A DNA stretch of 64,000 nucleotides from a virus. The stretch is taken from the IMG/VR virus record IMGVR_UViG_3300009159_000032; one strand, written 5' to 3'. How positions within the stretch are numbered: the first letter of the stretch is position 1; the number at the start of each line of letters is the position of its first letter. Made by a program: the position numbers and the translations under genes. Shown piece after piece: positions 10,434 through 20,171 of the stretch. The notes under the pieces were generated by a model, which saw only the letters and a list, made by a program, of their open reading frames with translations, ran no database searches and was not told the origin of the DNA.

Positions 10434-13400
10434 TTAAGCCTGTTCTATCGGTGGTAAACCTAATCTTCTTCTTACAATAGGATCAGTGCCTTTATATGGA
10501 GGAGCATTAGGATCTCCTAATTTTTGTAATGATTGATTCATTAATTTATCTAAAGGAGACCCTACTGAGTTAGATAAACTGCCAAACTGAGATGTAACAT
10601 TTTTTCCTAAATTTTCTATCTGTGTTAGATTAGATCCAGGGTTACCAAACGCCTGCTGGATACCACTGAACGCACCTTCTACGGATCCTGCTCCTGATAA
10701 ACTAGCAGCAGATTTATATCCTATACCGCCTAACGGATTTTGTAAACCTGCTGCAACATCATTTGCTGAAGCAGATCTCGGAATTAGATTATTCATCTGT
10801 TCTTGTAGTGACGAGAATTTTCCAGATAACGAGTCAGTAGTGCCAAGGCCTAGAGCAGATAACGATGCTAGATTCCCAGAGCCAGGTAACGGTTTTGCCC
10901 CAGGCATTGGTGCTATACCTAGTCTAGCACGGATATAAGGATCTGTAGGATCTGCTTTGCCAAGAGCTTTAATTTGCTCAGGGGAAAGTCCTGCATAGGG
11001 ATCGCCGTTTGCTAGTTTTTGTGCTGAAGCTGAAAGTCCTTGAACATTTATTCCAAATAAACTAGCGTTTCTTAATGCTTGATCAACTGGAATACCTTTT
11101 GCTGTAGCATCGGCAATTACGGCACTTCGTTGTGCAGGAGTAAGCTCTGACGAAAAACTTCTTGCCGGAGTTGCCGCATAAGGAGCTTTTTGTTTAGGGG
11201 GAACTGCTGGTAGATTTTTCAATGTATCTACTGCCAAACTACCCATGATAATTCCCTGCTCCTTAATTGCTTTTAGATTAACGTTTTGAGGAACTTCTTC
11301 AGCAATTGCTTTCATCTGAGGTGCAACTTTGCTGTCAAGTTCGCCTTTAAGTCCAACTAGTTGTTGTGGGTCAATTCCTAATTTTGCGTATATTGCAGCT
11401 GGATTTGCTGTATGTCCGGGTAGATTAACTCCGAATAAATCAGCGTTCCTCAATGCTTGTTCTGGGGAAATACCTTTTGATTTTGCATCTGCTATAACGG
11501 CTTCACGTTGACCTGCTGTTAAATTTGCGCCGGGTGCTGAAGCTTTTGGTAATCCGTATGAGTTAACATTTCCAATTTTATCTTTTATTTCAGCACCTAA
11601 TGCGTCAGCAGATGTTTTAAAATCTAGGGCAGATTGTCGAGGATTATCTAATATTCCAGAGGCTGCTGTTTGTAGGCTTCTCATATTCGGAGACGATTCT
11701 AAATTTAAATTTTGAGTAGCGTCCATTAATTTCCCTATGCCGCCCCCCATAGATGACCCTACAGATGAATTTAAAATATCGCCAGACGGGCCTGGTAATA
11801 TTCCGTTGACTGTATCTCCAATTCTCCCCATAGCTGATGCCGATGCCGGTAATGCAAGTCCTAGACCTGCCAATGCGCCTGCATCTATTGATATTCCTTT
11901 GGCCAAAGGATTTATGCCAGAAAGACTATCCCCCACAGATAGTCCCAGTTTATCGCCTACTTGATTTAACACTGACATACCTGGGCCAAGTGCTCCGCTA
12001 GTTTTTTTCAGTATTCCTGAAAGATTTGCACCGTCTCCAGGTAATCCTGAAGTAGGTAGACCTCTTTGAATTAAACTGGTAAGTTGTACATCGTTTGGTT
12101 TTATACCAGATCGTGCCACATCTGGTGGCGCTGTGTCTATAACCTGTTGTTCACCTGGTTTATTTTCTTGTTCAAGTTTCTTAGTAGTTTCTTTCTGATT
12201 TGCATTATCAACTATCTGCCCAGGATATCTCAATAAGTCGAGTCTTTGTTTAAATGCACCGTCTTTAAATGAGCTACGGCATTTTATTACTTGGTATATT
12301 CCGCTAAATGAAACATTAGTTTTAGAAAATAGTATATCTCCTGTTACTGGATCAATATCAATAGGATTTCTAAAATTAAGTCTGATAATAACTGGACCGT
12401 TGTTTATATTTGCTTCTCCTGATATTGTGATTGCAGGATCTTTTAAAGAGGGTGTAAAATTTCCCATTCCTCCTGTAGTTAGAAAAAACGGATCTCCTAA
12501 AATTTCTAACTCCCCTTTAAGCAAATTAACACTTTCTAAAATAGATTTATGAGTATTATATGCTAGTTGATAATAAGGATTTGTCTGTACTACATTTCCT
12601 CTACCAGTTATCGAACTAGCCTCGTCATCACTAAAAGTTTGAGGTCTATCATTAGGATCTTTATTAGCCTCTGCGCCGCCTTCTGGTGCTGCTTTAACTT
12701 CTGGATCGTTTGATGCTCCGGCGGCTTTATCAGTACCGGACTGATCTGTATTTCCCATTTTAGGATTAGCTGCTTGATAAAATAAATTATTAAAATTTAA
12801 TTTAAATCCTAACACGTCAATGTTATTTCCCGTGTATAGATAGTTGTATTCTCTTTTTACATAAGTTTGTAATTTTTTAGCATCAAATGTGCTGTATTGC
12901 TGTCCAGGTATTCTTGAAAAATGTACTTTATAAGGTACTACCAAATATTGATATTTGAATCTCTGCATATTAAATGTAGTATCCATTTCAGTAGGAACAG
13001 AATGAATCATTACTTGAAAATAATCGATCATTCCATCACCTGCTTTGGCTTTTTCTATATCAACTAAAATATTTTCCCAGTACAAACTATCTCTAATTAC
13101 TGTTTCAATAATTTCGTGTATATTAGAACCTTTGGCAAACTGTATTTGCCCCTTATATGGATCATAACGTCTATTAATATCGCCGGCTACCTCTGTTGCA
13201 GAAACTCTGCCTCGTGCTTCTCTTATCATTTCATTCTGTGCTTCACTATTTGCAGACGACGAAGCTTTTGGTGTCTTAGATCCTAGAGAGGTAGTTCCTG
13301 GCGCTTCTTCAATTGGTGGAAATTTATACACAACATTTGATCTTAAACTATTGTTTATACGTGCTTTTGCAATGCTGTTTTCAGGAGCATCTTTAGAAAT

Positions 13401-14438
13401 ATCTATGCCTTTACCAGCCTGGGGTATGGTGGGAAAGTATATTTCATAGGTATCAACTACTTTAGCAGTTTCTCTTGTTTTTTCTTTTACACTTCTTTCA
13501 AGCACACTAAAATTTAACGCATCAAAAAAACTTTCAAATACTTCTTTTACAGTTTCGCCGTAGAATGAAATATCTGTATAAATTTGTCCGGGATTAGAAA
13601 ATCCAAATTCGTTATATGGTATAGCTTTGCAACGGTATCTAGTTCCGTTCTCAGATACATCCATTTCTACACTGGTTATTTTAAGAGGATAATAACGTGT
13701 TGCATCAATAATTTCTGCTTCTGCAACAGGTTGTTTATTTTTATCAGGGTATCCTAAAAAATCTATTTTTAACAAAAAACAGGCATTTAAATATCCTGTC
13801 CACCCTGCTGCTAGAGATGATACGTGCAGGGCTTCTATAAAACCATTAATGCTCAACGGTTCAAAAATTTCAAAAGAAATTCCAGTTGCTAAGGAAAGTC
13901 CTGTTTTTTCGTTTGGTGCTACTACTGCATCAATATCAACTCCGTCAATGAACATGTCAAATCGACCAGGGCTTACTTTATTAAATTCTTCTACAACATT
14001 TTCATATGTTGTAGACGTTGTACCTGTTTTAAATGTTTGGGTAGTACTAGTTAATTTTCTTCCTGCTCTTTCATTTACCGTAGTTGTTTCGTAGACGTCA
14101 GATATAATACTTTCGACCTTAGTAGATATTGCACCGGGCCCTTTGCCTTTTGAAGCTGCAATAACATATTTTAATTTTGAATCTCTATATCGGGCAGGAT
14201 TTTTTAAATCGTCTGGTGTTAATGCTGCTAGTGTAAAATTATATGTGTTAGATCTATAACCGTTTAAAATATTAAGATTTTCGCCAGGAATTTTTTTAGG
14301 TACAGTAGCTTTATTTTCGTTTAGCATTCCTTGCGATTCGTTAGATTGAGGAGTGTCATTCGTAGTAGTTTTTCCGTAAGCGCCTGCAGCCTGCGAAGCA
14401 TACGGAGATTTAACAACTGCGGTGTTGGCGTCTTGCAT
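10434..14438 (-). CDS. Baseplate hub-like protein (gp27/late-control-D-like N-terminal part) with long low-complexity C-terminal extension (1334 aa)
   Basis: Lies between the gp53-like and gp5-like genes. Hub-type segments (ELEILGDPFFL; FSGIYQVIKCRSSFKDGAFKQRLDLLR). Gly/Ala/Leu/Ser-rich C-terminal part. Confidence 0.6.
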   Translation of the reverse strand: MQDANTAVVKSPYASQAAGAYGKTTTNDTPQSNESQGMLNENKATVPKKIPGENLNILNGYRSNTYNFTLAALTPDDLKNPARYRDSKLKYVIAASKGKGPGAISTKVESIISDVYETTTVNERAGRKLTSTTQTFKTGTTSTTYENVVEEFNKVSPGRFDMFIDGVDIDAVVAPNEKTGLSLATGISFEIFEPLSINGFIEALHVSSLAAGWTGYLNACFLLKIDFLGYPDKNKQPVAEAEIIDATRYYPLKITSVEMDVSENGTRYRCKAIPYNEFGFSNPGQIYTDISFYGETVKEVFESFFDALNFSVLERSVKEKTRETAKVVDTYEIYFPTIPQAGKGIDISKDAPENSIAKARINNSLRSNVVYKFPPIEEAPGTTSLGSKTPKASSSANSEAQNEMIREARGRVSATEVAGDINRRYDPYKGQIQFAKGSNIHEIIETVIRDSLYWENILVDIEKAKAGDGMIDYFQVMIHSVPTEMDTTFNMQRFKYQYLVVPYKVHFSRIPGQQYSTFDAKKLQTYVKREYNYLYTGNNIDVLGFKLNFNNLFYQAANPKMGNTDQSGTDKAAGASNDPEVKAAPEGGAEANKDPNDRPQTFSDDEASSITGRGNVVQTNPYYQLAYNTHKSILESVNLLKGELEILGDPFFLTTGGMGNFTPSLKDPAITISGEANINNGPVIIRLNFRNPIDIDPVTGDILFSKTNVSFSGIYQVIKCRSSFKDGAFKQRLDLLRYPGQIVDNANQKETTKKLEQENKPGEQQVIDTAPPDVARSGIKPNDVQLTSLIQRGLPTSGLPGDGANLSGILKKTSGALGPGMSVLNQVGDKLGLSVGDSLSGINPLAKGISIDAGALAGLGLALPASASAMGRIGDTVNGILPGPSGDILNSSVGSSMGGGIGKLMDATQNLNLESSPNMRSLQTAASGILDNPRQSALDFKTSADALGAEIKDKIGNVNSYGLPKASAPGANLTAGQREAVIADAKSKGISPEQALRNADLFGVNLPGHTANPAAIYAKLGIDPQQLVGLKGELDSKVAPQMKAIAEEVPQNVNLKAIKEQGIIMGSLAVDTLKNLPAVPPKQKAPYAATPARSFSSELTPAQRSAVIADATAKGIPVDQALRNASLFGINVQGLSASAQKLANGDPYAGLSPEQIKALGKADPTDPYIRARLGIAPMPGAKPLPGSGNLASLSALGLGTTDSLSGKFSSLQEQMNNLIPRSASANDVAAGLQNPLGGIGYKSAASLSGAGSVEGAFSGIQQAFGNPGSNLTQIENLGKNVTSQFGSLSNSVGSPLDKLMNQSLQKLGDPNAPPYKGTDPIVRRRLGLPPIEQA

Positions 14439-14440
14439 TA

Positions 14441-14734
14441 TTATAATCCTAGAGCAGAAGTTATTGTACTAAGTTTTGGTAAGTATATTTTTTGTCCTGC
14501 TACTAAATCGTATACAGGATCTCTAATAACATTTTTATTTCTCACAGCAAATACCCACCATAAGTTTACATCATTGTATAAATCATAGGCTAGTAAATCA
14601 GGACGATGTGTGTATTGTTGTGTAACAGTAAAAAGAATATCGTCTAATTGATTGGGAATATCTCGTAATTTTAAAGTTTCGAGATAAGCACCATTGTTAA
14701 TAGTGGTGTAATATGGGCTAGTTTTAGAGTACAT
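14441..14734 (-). CDS. gp53: Baseplate wedge protein, gp53/LysM-like (97 aa)
   Basis: YTHRPDLLAYDLYNDVNLWWVFAVRNKNVIRDPVYDLVAGQKIYLP matches the gp53/phage tail-X LysM-like pattern. Confidence 0.75.
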   Translation of the reverse strand: MYSKTSPYYTTINNGAYLETLKLRDIPNQLDDILFTVTQQYTHRPDLLAYDLYNDVNLWWVFAVRNKNVIRDPVYDLVAGQKIYLPKLSTITSALGL

Positions 14735-14735
14735 T

Positions 14736-15827
14736 TTATAAGTATCCTTGTCCTTTTAAGCTACCAGATCTCCAACCTTGGACTGAAAAATCTTGCATTT
14801 CTTGTCTGCTATACATTATTGCTAGCCCTAATGTAATAGTAGAAATTGTTGGTACTAATGTAGTTTTATAAGCGGGTACTTGTATATAATCTACACTGTC
14901 TGGCAAATCAAATTTAACACTGGTAATGGCTACAGGCACGTTGCTTAACATATAATCACCGAATGCATCTAGTCTACAAACAGGAGGAGGAGAACCAGCA
15001 TTAGGTTCACTTCCCCAACGCATTTTTGTTAGAGATCTTAGAAGGTGAATTACTGCACAATAAATTGCTCCTTCTTTTTCGTTTTGCACTGTAAACTTGC
15101 CAGAGATAGTGATGTTTCCAACACTGCTATTTTTATAAAAATTTTGTGTAAAATTACTATGTACTGGATTCACTGCGGTATAGTTAGCTGCACTTTCATA
15201 ACTGATTTGGGGAGTATACGGAAACATTATTCCACCTAGCTCTCTTAGCAGTGGGAAGCCTATCTTGTCAGTTGTTGGTCCTTCAAGGTATGTTGTTGGC
15301 ACTCGGAGAAATACTCTTAGATCTTTTGCTCCGGCCCAGGCCGCAGATGCCGGTGTTTTATTTGTAGAATCTGCACCTTTTGGAATATTGGGAGGAAGTC
15401 TGGTGGCTTTTTTATCATCAGCACTAGACCCTGTAATGGCTGATAAAACACTGTTATTAGTCTGTTGAATTGTTGGTGCGGCGCCGTTGGCTTCAGGCTG
15501 TGCTGTAGAAGGATCAGGTACTCTAGTAGGGTCTTCATATTTTTGAGCTGTTTCAGCATCTTTAGACGAAGGCACAGTTGGTTGATTATTGTATTCAGCC
15601 AACTGTTTCTCACCTTCTGCTTTCTTAGCTTCGTTGTCTTTTATGTTTTGTCGATTAAAATCAAGACTCTCCTGCCACTTTGCGGCGGCAGCTGTATCGC
15701 CGGCGGCAGTTGCTTCTGCTAGTTTTCGTTCTGCTTTTAAGACACCAAATTTAGAAGTTTCAATCGCATTGCCGTATCCCTCAACATCATTTTTGAGACT
15801 TGCTGCTTCATCAGATCTTAATGCCAT
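14736..15827 (-). CDS. Tail tube initiator/baseplate tube cap-like protein (gp48/gp54-like) with N-terminal coiled coil and Pro/Ala/Thr linker (363 aa)
   Basis: Tube-fold-like C-terminal half (GIMFPYTPQISY; ITISGKFTVQN; SPPPVCRLDAFGDYMLSNVPVAITSVKFDLP). First gene of the baseplate operon. Confidence 0.6.
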   Translation of the reverse strand: MALRSDEAASLKNDVEGYGNAIETSKFGVLKAERKLAEATAAGDTAAAAKWQESLDFNRQNIKDNEAKKAEGEKQLAEYNNQPTVPSSKDAETAQKYEDPTRVPDPSTAQPEANGAAPTIQQTNNSVLSAITGSSADDKKATRLPPNIPKGADSTNKTPASAAWAGAKDLRVFLRVPTTYLEGPTTDKIGFPLLRELGGIMFPYTPQISYESAANYTAVNPVHSNFTQNFYKNSSVGNITISGKFTVQNEKEGAIYCAVIHLLRSLTKMRWGSEPNAGSPPPVCRLDAFGDYMLSNVPVAITSVKFDLPDSVDYIQVPAYKTTLVPTISTITLGLAIMYSRQEMQDFSVQGWRSGSLKGQGYL

Positions 15828-15845
15828 AGTTGTTTCCTTATAGCT

Positions 15846-15851
15846 TATTTA
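15846..15851 (-). promoter_or_regulatory. Late promoter core (TAAATA) for the baseplate operon
   Basis: TAAATA 18 nt upstream of the 15827 ATG, with an AAGG ribosome-binding site between them. Confidence 0.6.
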
Positions 15852-15880
15852 ACCAATAAATAAACCACAGTTTTTAATGG

Positions 15881-15910
15881 TTGACAACAGTGTTGTGAAA
15901 ATGTTACACT
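15881..15910 (+). promoter_or_regulatory. Sigma70-like early promoter for gp55: TTGACA-N18-TACACT with extended -10 TG
   Basis: Consensus -35 at 15881-15886 and -10-like box at 15905-15910. AAGGAG RBS precedes ATG 15935. Confidence 0.65.
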
Positions 15911-15934
15911 ACTCAAAAGGAGACCGTATCAAAT

Positions 15935-16840
15935 ATGGCCACAGTAATAGCCCCCACTGGACGCAAAGTCCGGTATTTAAATAACAGAGATTTACTCTCA
16001 GAAATACACAAAAGCAAAAACACATTCAGCGTGTTTACCAAACCCGAATACGGGCAACATGATATTATTCTAACTAATTTAGATAAGATTAATATTAGAA
16101 CAGTTGCCGAAGCTAAACGGATTCGAGCAAAAAGACTAGGATTAATTGCATTTAACAAAGCAAGACTAGAGGGTGATAAGAAAATCAAACTAGCAGAAGT
16201 TACACCAGATTACAAAACTATACAAAAAATAGATCTAGTGTTTCGAATTATGACATTTGATCATATACCCCTAGCGCCTGGTCGTAAAAAAACTACCAAG
16301 ACCACAGCAGATAGTCATGACAAAGTAAATTTTCCCCCGTTTCAACACTGGAAGTTTGACGACACTGATCAGCTTATTTGTGTTGGTAAAAGTCATTGGA
16401 AGGGCGATTTAGTTACTGGGCACTTTAACAAAGATCACGGACGTATTACTGAAAATCTTGGAAAGATGTTTATCAAACTTTCAGAAAGATATGCTCAACG
16501 ATCAAACTGGCGTGGTTATACTTACAACGATGAAATGCGTGGGCAGGCTATTCTACAACTAAGTCAAATTGGTCTACAGTTTGATGAATCAAAATCAGAA
16601 AATCCCTTTGCTTACTATACAGCCGCAGTTACTAATTCATTTACTCGAGTCCTTAACATTGAAAAGAAGATGCAAAATATTCGAGATGACATGTTAGAGT
16701 CTCACGGACTTACTCCAAGTATGACTAGACAGAGCCGAGATGAATTTGCCGAAGAGACAGCACGTCAAGCCGAACTATACAAAAACTTTAAATTGCCGAA
16801 ATCAGAAGAACCGGACGTCGAAGAAGAGGACGAGGCTTGA
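15935..16840 (+). CDS. gp55: Late-transcription sigma factor, T4 gp55-like (301 aa)
   Basis: YLNNRDLL and KMFIKLSERYAQRSNWRGYTYNDEM...QFDESKSENPFAYYTAAVTNSF are gp55 hallmark motifs. Confidence 0.9.
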   Translation: MATVIAPTGRKVRYLNNRDLLSEIHKSKNTFSVFTKPEYGQHDIILTNLDKINIRTVAEAKRIRAKRLGLIAFNKARLEGDKKIKLAEVTPDYKTIQKIDLVFRIMTFDHIPLAPGRKKTTKTTADSHDKVNFPPFQHWKFDDTDQLICVGKSHWKGDLVTGHFNKDHGRITENLGKMFIKLSERYAQRSNWRGYTYNDEMRGQAILQLSQIGLQFDESKSENPFAYYTAAVTNSFTRVLNIEKKMQNIRDDMLESHGLTPSMTRQSRDEFAEETARQAELYKNFKLPKSEEPDVEEEDEA

Positions 16841-16865
16841 TCTGTATACTGTATTTTGCTATACT
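16837..16865 (+). promoter_or_regulatory. Sigma70-like promoter TTGATC-N17-TATACT upstream of gp47
   Basis: Read directly. It overlaps the gp55 stop, and an AGGAG RBS follows. Confidence 0.55.
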
Positions 16866-16888
16866 GTTCAAGTAGGAGACTCTAATTA

Positions 16889-17902
16889 ATGCCCTTGTTT
16901 AAAAAAGTTGCATGTTTCACAGACATACATTTCGGATTAAAATCAAATAGTGCTACGCATAATCAAGATTGCGAAGATTTTGTAGATTGGTTTATTGAAG
17001 AAGCCAAGAAGGAACAGTGTGATACCTGTATATTTCTTGGCGACTGGCACCATAATCGAAATACTATCAATCTAACTACCTTAGATTCCAGTCTAAGGTG
17101 TTTGGAAAAACTTGGTGCGGCTTTTGATCAATTCTTTTGGTTTCCAGGTAATCACGATTTATTCTATAAGGACAAGCGTGACGTTCATTCCAGTGCCTTT
17201 GGTCGGCACGTTCCAGGAGTTACGGTTGTAGACCGTGTTACAACTCTTGATGACGTTACCCTAGTCCCGTGGTTAGTAGGTGATGAATGGAAGACTATGA
17301 AAGATTTGAAGTCACGATATGTATTCGGACACTTTGAATTGCCTAGCTTTTATATGAACGCCATGGTACAGATGCCAGATCATGGTGAGTTACAGCGTAG
17401 TGACCTAACTAGTCCAGAATATGTATTCTCAGGACACTTTCATAAACGTCAGCATAAAGGTAATGTAGTGTACATTGGTAATACTTTTCCGCATAACTTT
17501 GCAGACACTTGGGATGATGATCGCGGAATGATGTTCATGGAGTGGGGCGGTGTTCCTCAATATCGCAATTGGCCTGACGCTCCCAAGTTTAGAAGTCTAA
17601 AACTCAGTAGATTGATTGAAGAAAAAGATACATTGATGAAAAGTAAGATGTATCTAAAAGTTAATCTTGATATCGATATCAGTTTTGAAGAAGCTAACTT
17701 TATCAAAGAAACTTTTGTTAAAGAGCATGACGTTAGAGAAATCAGTCTTATTCAAGACAAAGACAACGTGGACATACTTGTTGAAGATCAAACTGATGCA
17801 AAGTTTGAAAGTGTAGATCAAATCGTAACTGAACAACTGGTAAACATTGAATCAGATACTTTTGACAAATCAACGTTACTTGAAATTTATAATAATCTAT
17901 AA
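16889..17902 (+). CDS. gp47: Recombination endonuclease subunit, gp47 (Mre11/SbcD-like; 337 aa)
   Basis: Metallophosphoesterase motifs DIH, GDWHH, GNHD, GHF and GHFH; adjacent to gp46. Confidence 0.93.
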   Translation: MPLFKKVACFTDIHFGLKSNSATHNQDCEDFVDWFIEEAKKEQCDTCIFLGDWHHNRNTINLTTLDSSLRCLEKLGAAFDQFFWFPGNHDLFYKDKRDVHSSAFGRHVPGVTVVDRVTTLDDVTLVPWLVGDEWKTMKDLKSRYVFGHFELPSFYMNAMVQMPDHGELQRSDLTSPEYVFSGHFHKRQHKGNVVYIGNTFPHNFADTWDDDRGMMFMEWGGVPQYRNWPDAPKFRSLKLSRLIEEKDTLMKSKMYLKVNLDIDISFEEANFIKETFVKEHDVREISLIQDKDNVDILVEDQTDAKFESVDQIVTEQLVNIESDTFDKSTLLEIYNNL

Positions 17903-17903
17903 T

Positions 17904-19688
17904 ATGTCGTTTCTAATTAAAAATATAACTGTTAAAAACTTTCTAAGTGTTGGAAATCAAACACAGGCAGTAACCTTTGACAAAGAACACCTTACTTTAG
18001 TACTAGGTGAGAATATCGATCTAGGCGGTGACGACAGCGGAAGCCGTAACGGTACAGGTAAAACTACAATTATCAATGCCCTAAGCTATGCACTATACGG
18101 GCAAGCACTGACAAATATTAGAAAAGAAAATCTAATTAACAAAACCAATGCTAAACATCTGCTAGTAACAGTAGAATTTGAAGTTAACGGACAATCATTT
18201 AGAATTGAACGGGGACGCAAGCCTAATTTGCTAAGACTATTTGTTAATAACCAAGAACAAAAAGCCAAAGATGAAGACGAAAGTCAAGGTGATAGTAGAG
18301 AAACACAGAAAACTATCGAAGAATTATTAGGCATGAGCCATACGATGTTCAAGCATCTAGTGGCTTTGAACACCTATACTGAGCCGTTCCTTTCAATGAA
18401 GGCTGCTGATCAGCGTGAAGTAATTGAACAACTACTAGGCATTACGCTATTAAGTGAAAAAGCTGAAAAATTAAAAGCCGAAATTAAATCTACTAAAGAT
18501 TCAATACAATCAGAAACATATAAAATTGATGGTATAAAGACTGCAAATGAAAATGTACAACGTAGTATTGATAGCCTTGGAATCAAGAGTTCTGCGTGGG
18601 AAAATAAGAAAAACGACGACTTAGAAAAGCTAGGTAAAGCAATTTTACAGCTAGAAAGTGTTGATATTGATGCAGAATTACAGGCTCATATTGATTTAAA
18701 AGCATGGACTGAGAACAATAAAAAGATCAATGACTTAAACAAACAGCGAGCTACCTTAGAGACTGCAAATAACCAAGCGTCAAAGACTGTAGCTAAGTAT
18801 GTAAAAGAGTTAGAAAGTCTGTCGCATAAGAAGTGTCATGCTTGTGAACAAGAGTTACACGACCATAAGCACGAAGAAATGACTGCAACAACGCGGGCAA
18901 GCCTTGAGGACGCACAACAATATGCAACTAAAGTACTAAATGACTGGAATAAGGTTAAAGAAGAACTTGATGCTATTGGTGTTTTAGCTAGACCGCCTAT
19001 GACGTTCTACGAAACAGAAGCCGAAGCACTAGGTCATAAGAATAATCTAGCCAGTTTAGAAAATAGCCTACAGCAAAAGTTTGACGAAGTTAATCCTTAC
19101 GAAGAACAGATTGTTGAGCTAAACAACACTGCTATACAGGCAATTGACTGGACTTCAGTTAATAATTTAACAAAACTCAAGGACCATCAAGAGTTCTTAT
19201 TGAAATTATTAACATCTAAAGATAGTTTTATCCGTAAAAAGATTATAGATCAGAACCTTAGCTATCTAAACAAGCGTCTAAGTTACTATATTACCAAGAT
19301 GGGATTACCTCATCAGGTAATTTTCTTAAATGATTTGAATGTTGAGATTACACAACTCGGGCAAGACTTGGATTTTGATAATCTAAGTCGTGGAGAACGT
19401 AATAGATTGATACTGAGTCTAAGCTGGGCTTTCCGTGATGTATGGGAAAACTTATATCAAAACATCAACTTATTGTTTATTGACGAGCTAATTGATGCAG
19501 GTATGGACTCTGCTGGTGTCGAAGCTGGACTTGCAATCCTAAAAAAGATGGCACGTGAACGCAATAAGAATATATACTTGATCTCGCACAAAGACGAACT
19601 AATAAGTCGCGTGAATAATGTATTGAAAGTTATAAAAGAAAACGGTTTTACCAGTTATTCAAATAATGCAGACTACGTTGAGGCATAA
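17904..19688 (+). CDS. gp46: Recombination ATPase subunit, gp46 (Rad50/SbcC-like; start reassigned to MSFLIKN at 17904)
   Basis: Walker A NGTGKTT, CHAC zinc hook within the coiled coil, signature LSRGE, Walker B LLFIDE, H-loop ISH. Confidence 0.95.
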   Translation: MSFLIKNITVKNFLSVGNQTQAVTFDKEHLTLVLGENIDLGGDDSGSRNGTGKTTIINALSYALYGQALTNIRKENLINKTNAKHLLVTVEFEVNGQSFRIERGRKPNLLRLFVNNQEQKAKDEDESQGDSRETQKTIEELLGMSHTMFKHLVALNTYTEPFLSMKAADQREVIEQLLGITLLSEKAEKLKAEIKSTKDSIQSETYKIDGIKTANENVQRSIDSLGIKSSAWENKKNDDLEKLGKAILQLESVDIDAELQAHIDLKAWTENNKKINDLNKQRATLETANNQASKTVAKYVKELESLSHKKCHACEQELHDHKHEEMTATTRASLEDAQQYATKVLNDWNKVKEELDAIGVLARPPMTFYETEAEALGHKNNLASLENSLQQKFDEVNPYEEQIVELNNTAIQAIDWTSVNNLTKLKDHQEFLLKLLTSKDSFIRKKIIDQNLSYLNKRLSYYITKMGLPHQVIFLNDLNVEITQLGQDLDFDNLSRGERNRLILSLSWAFRDVWENLYQNINLLFIDELIDAGMDSAGVEAGLAILKKMARERNKNIYLISHKDELISRVNNVLKVIKENGFTSYSNNADYVEA

Positions 19689-20008
19689 TGCTAAACAACT
19701 ATAATAAGATTTACGAAGAAATGTTGGCAGCTTTTGCCGAACTTCACAACGGACACATACACTTAAAAGAAAGAACCAGTAATACTTCTGCTCTAGAAGT
19801 CAAGAAAGCTCTGCAAAAAATCAAAGCCACTACTATGGCTTTGAGAAATGAAGTTCTTGTTGTTCAAAGACAGTACAATGTTGAGAGAGAAAACAAGAGA
19901 GTAGAGTACAAAGAACAGATGCGTAGTGAAAAAGAGCGAGAAGCTCAACGAAAAAAATTAAAAAGGATTAAAAATGACAACCCAGGCAGATTTGGCCGCA
20001 GCATATGA
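19688..20008 (+). CDS. Hypothetical basic helical protein (106 aa), possibly a divergent Hc1-like paralog
   Basis: TAATG coupling to gp46. KKALQKIKATTMALRNEV resembles RKALADLGKAVKARRNEI of the next gene. Confidence 0.65.
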   Translation: MLNNYNKIYEEMLAAFAELHNGHIHLKERTSNTSALEVKKALQKIKATTMALRNEVLVVQRQYNVERENKRVEYKEQMRSEKEREAQRKKLKRIKNDNPGRFGRSI

Positions 20009-20168
20009 TGCTTACATGGCAGAAAATACAAAGTTTGAAAGCGGTAACTCAGCCGCAGGTACCCGTGCCCGTAAGGCATTGGCCGACTTAGGCAAAGCAG
20101 TAAAAGCTCGTCGTAATGAAATTACAGCCGAGAAGAATGCTCGCAAGGAAGCCAAGGCAACAAAATAA
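19974..20168 (+). CDS. Histone H1-like Hc1-family small basic protein (64 aa)
   Basis: KFESGNSAAGTRARKALADLGKAVKARRNEI fits the GNxAAxxRxR...L.K..K..R.E pattern of the Chlamydia Hc1 N-terminal family. AAGGA RBS. Confidence 0.65.
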   Translation: MTTQADLAAAYDAYMAENTKFESGNSAAGTRARKALADLGKAVKARRNEITAEKNARKEAKATK

Positions 20169-20171
20169 TCA

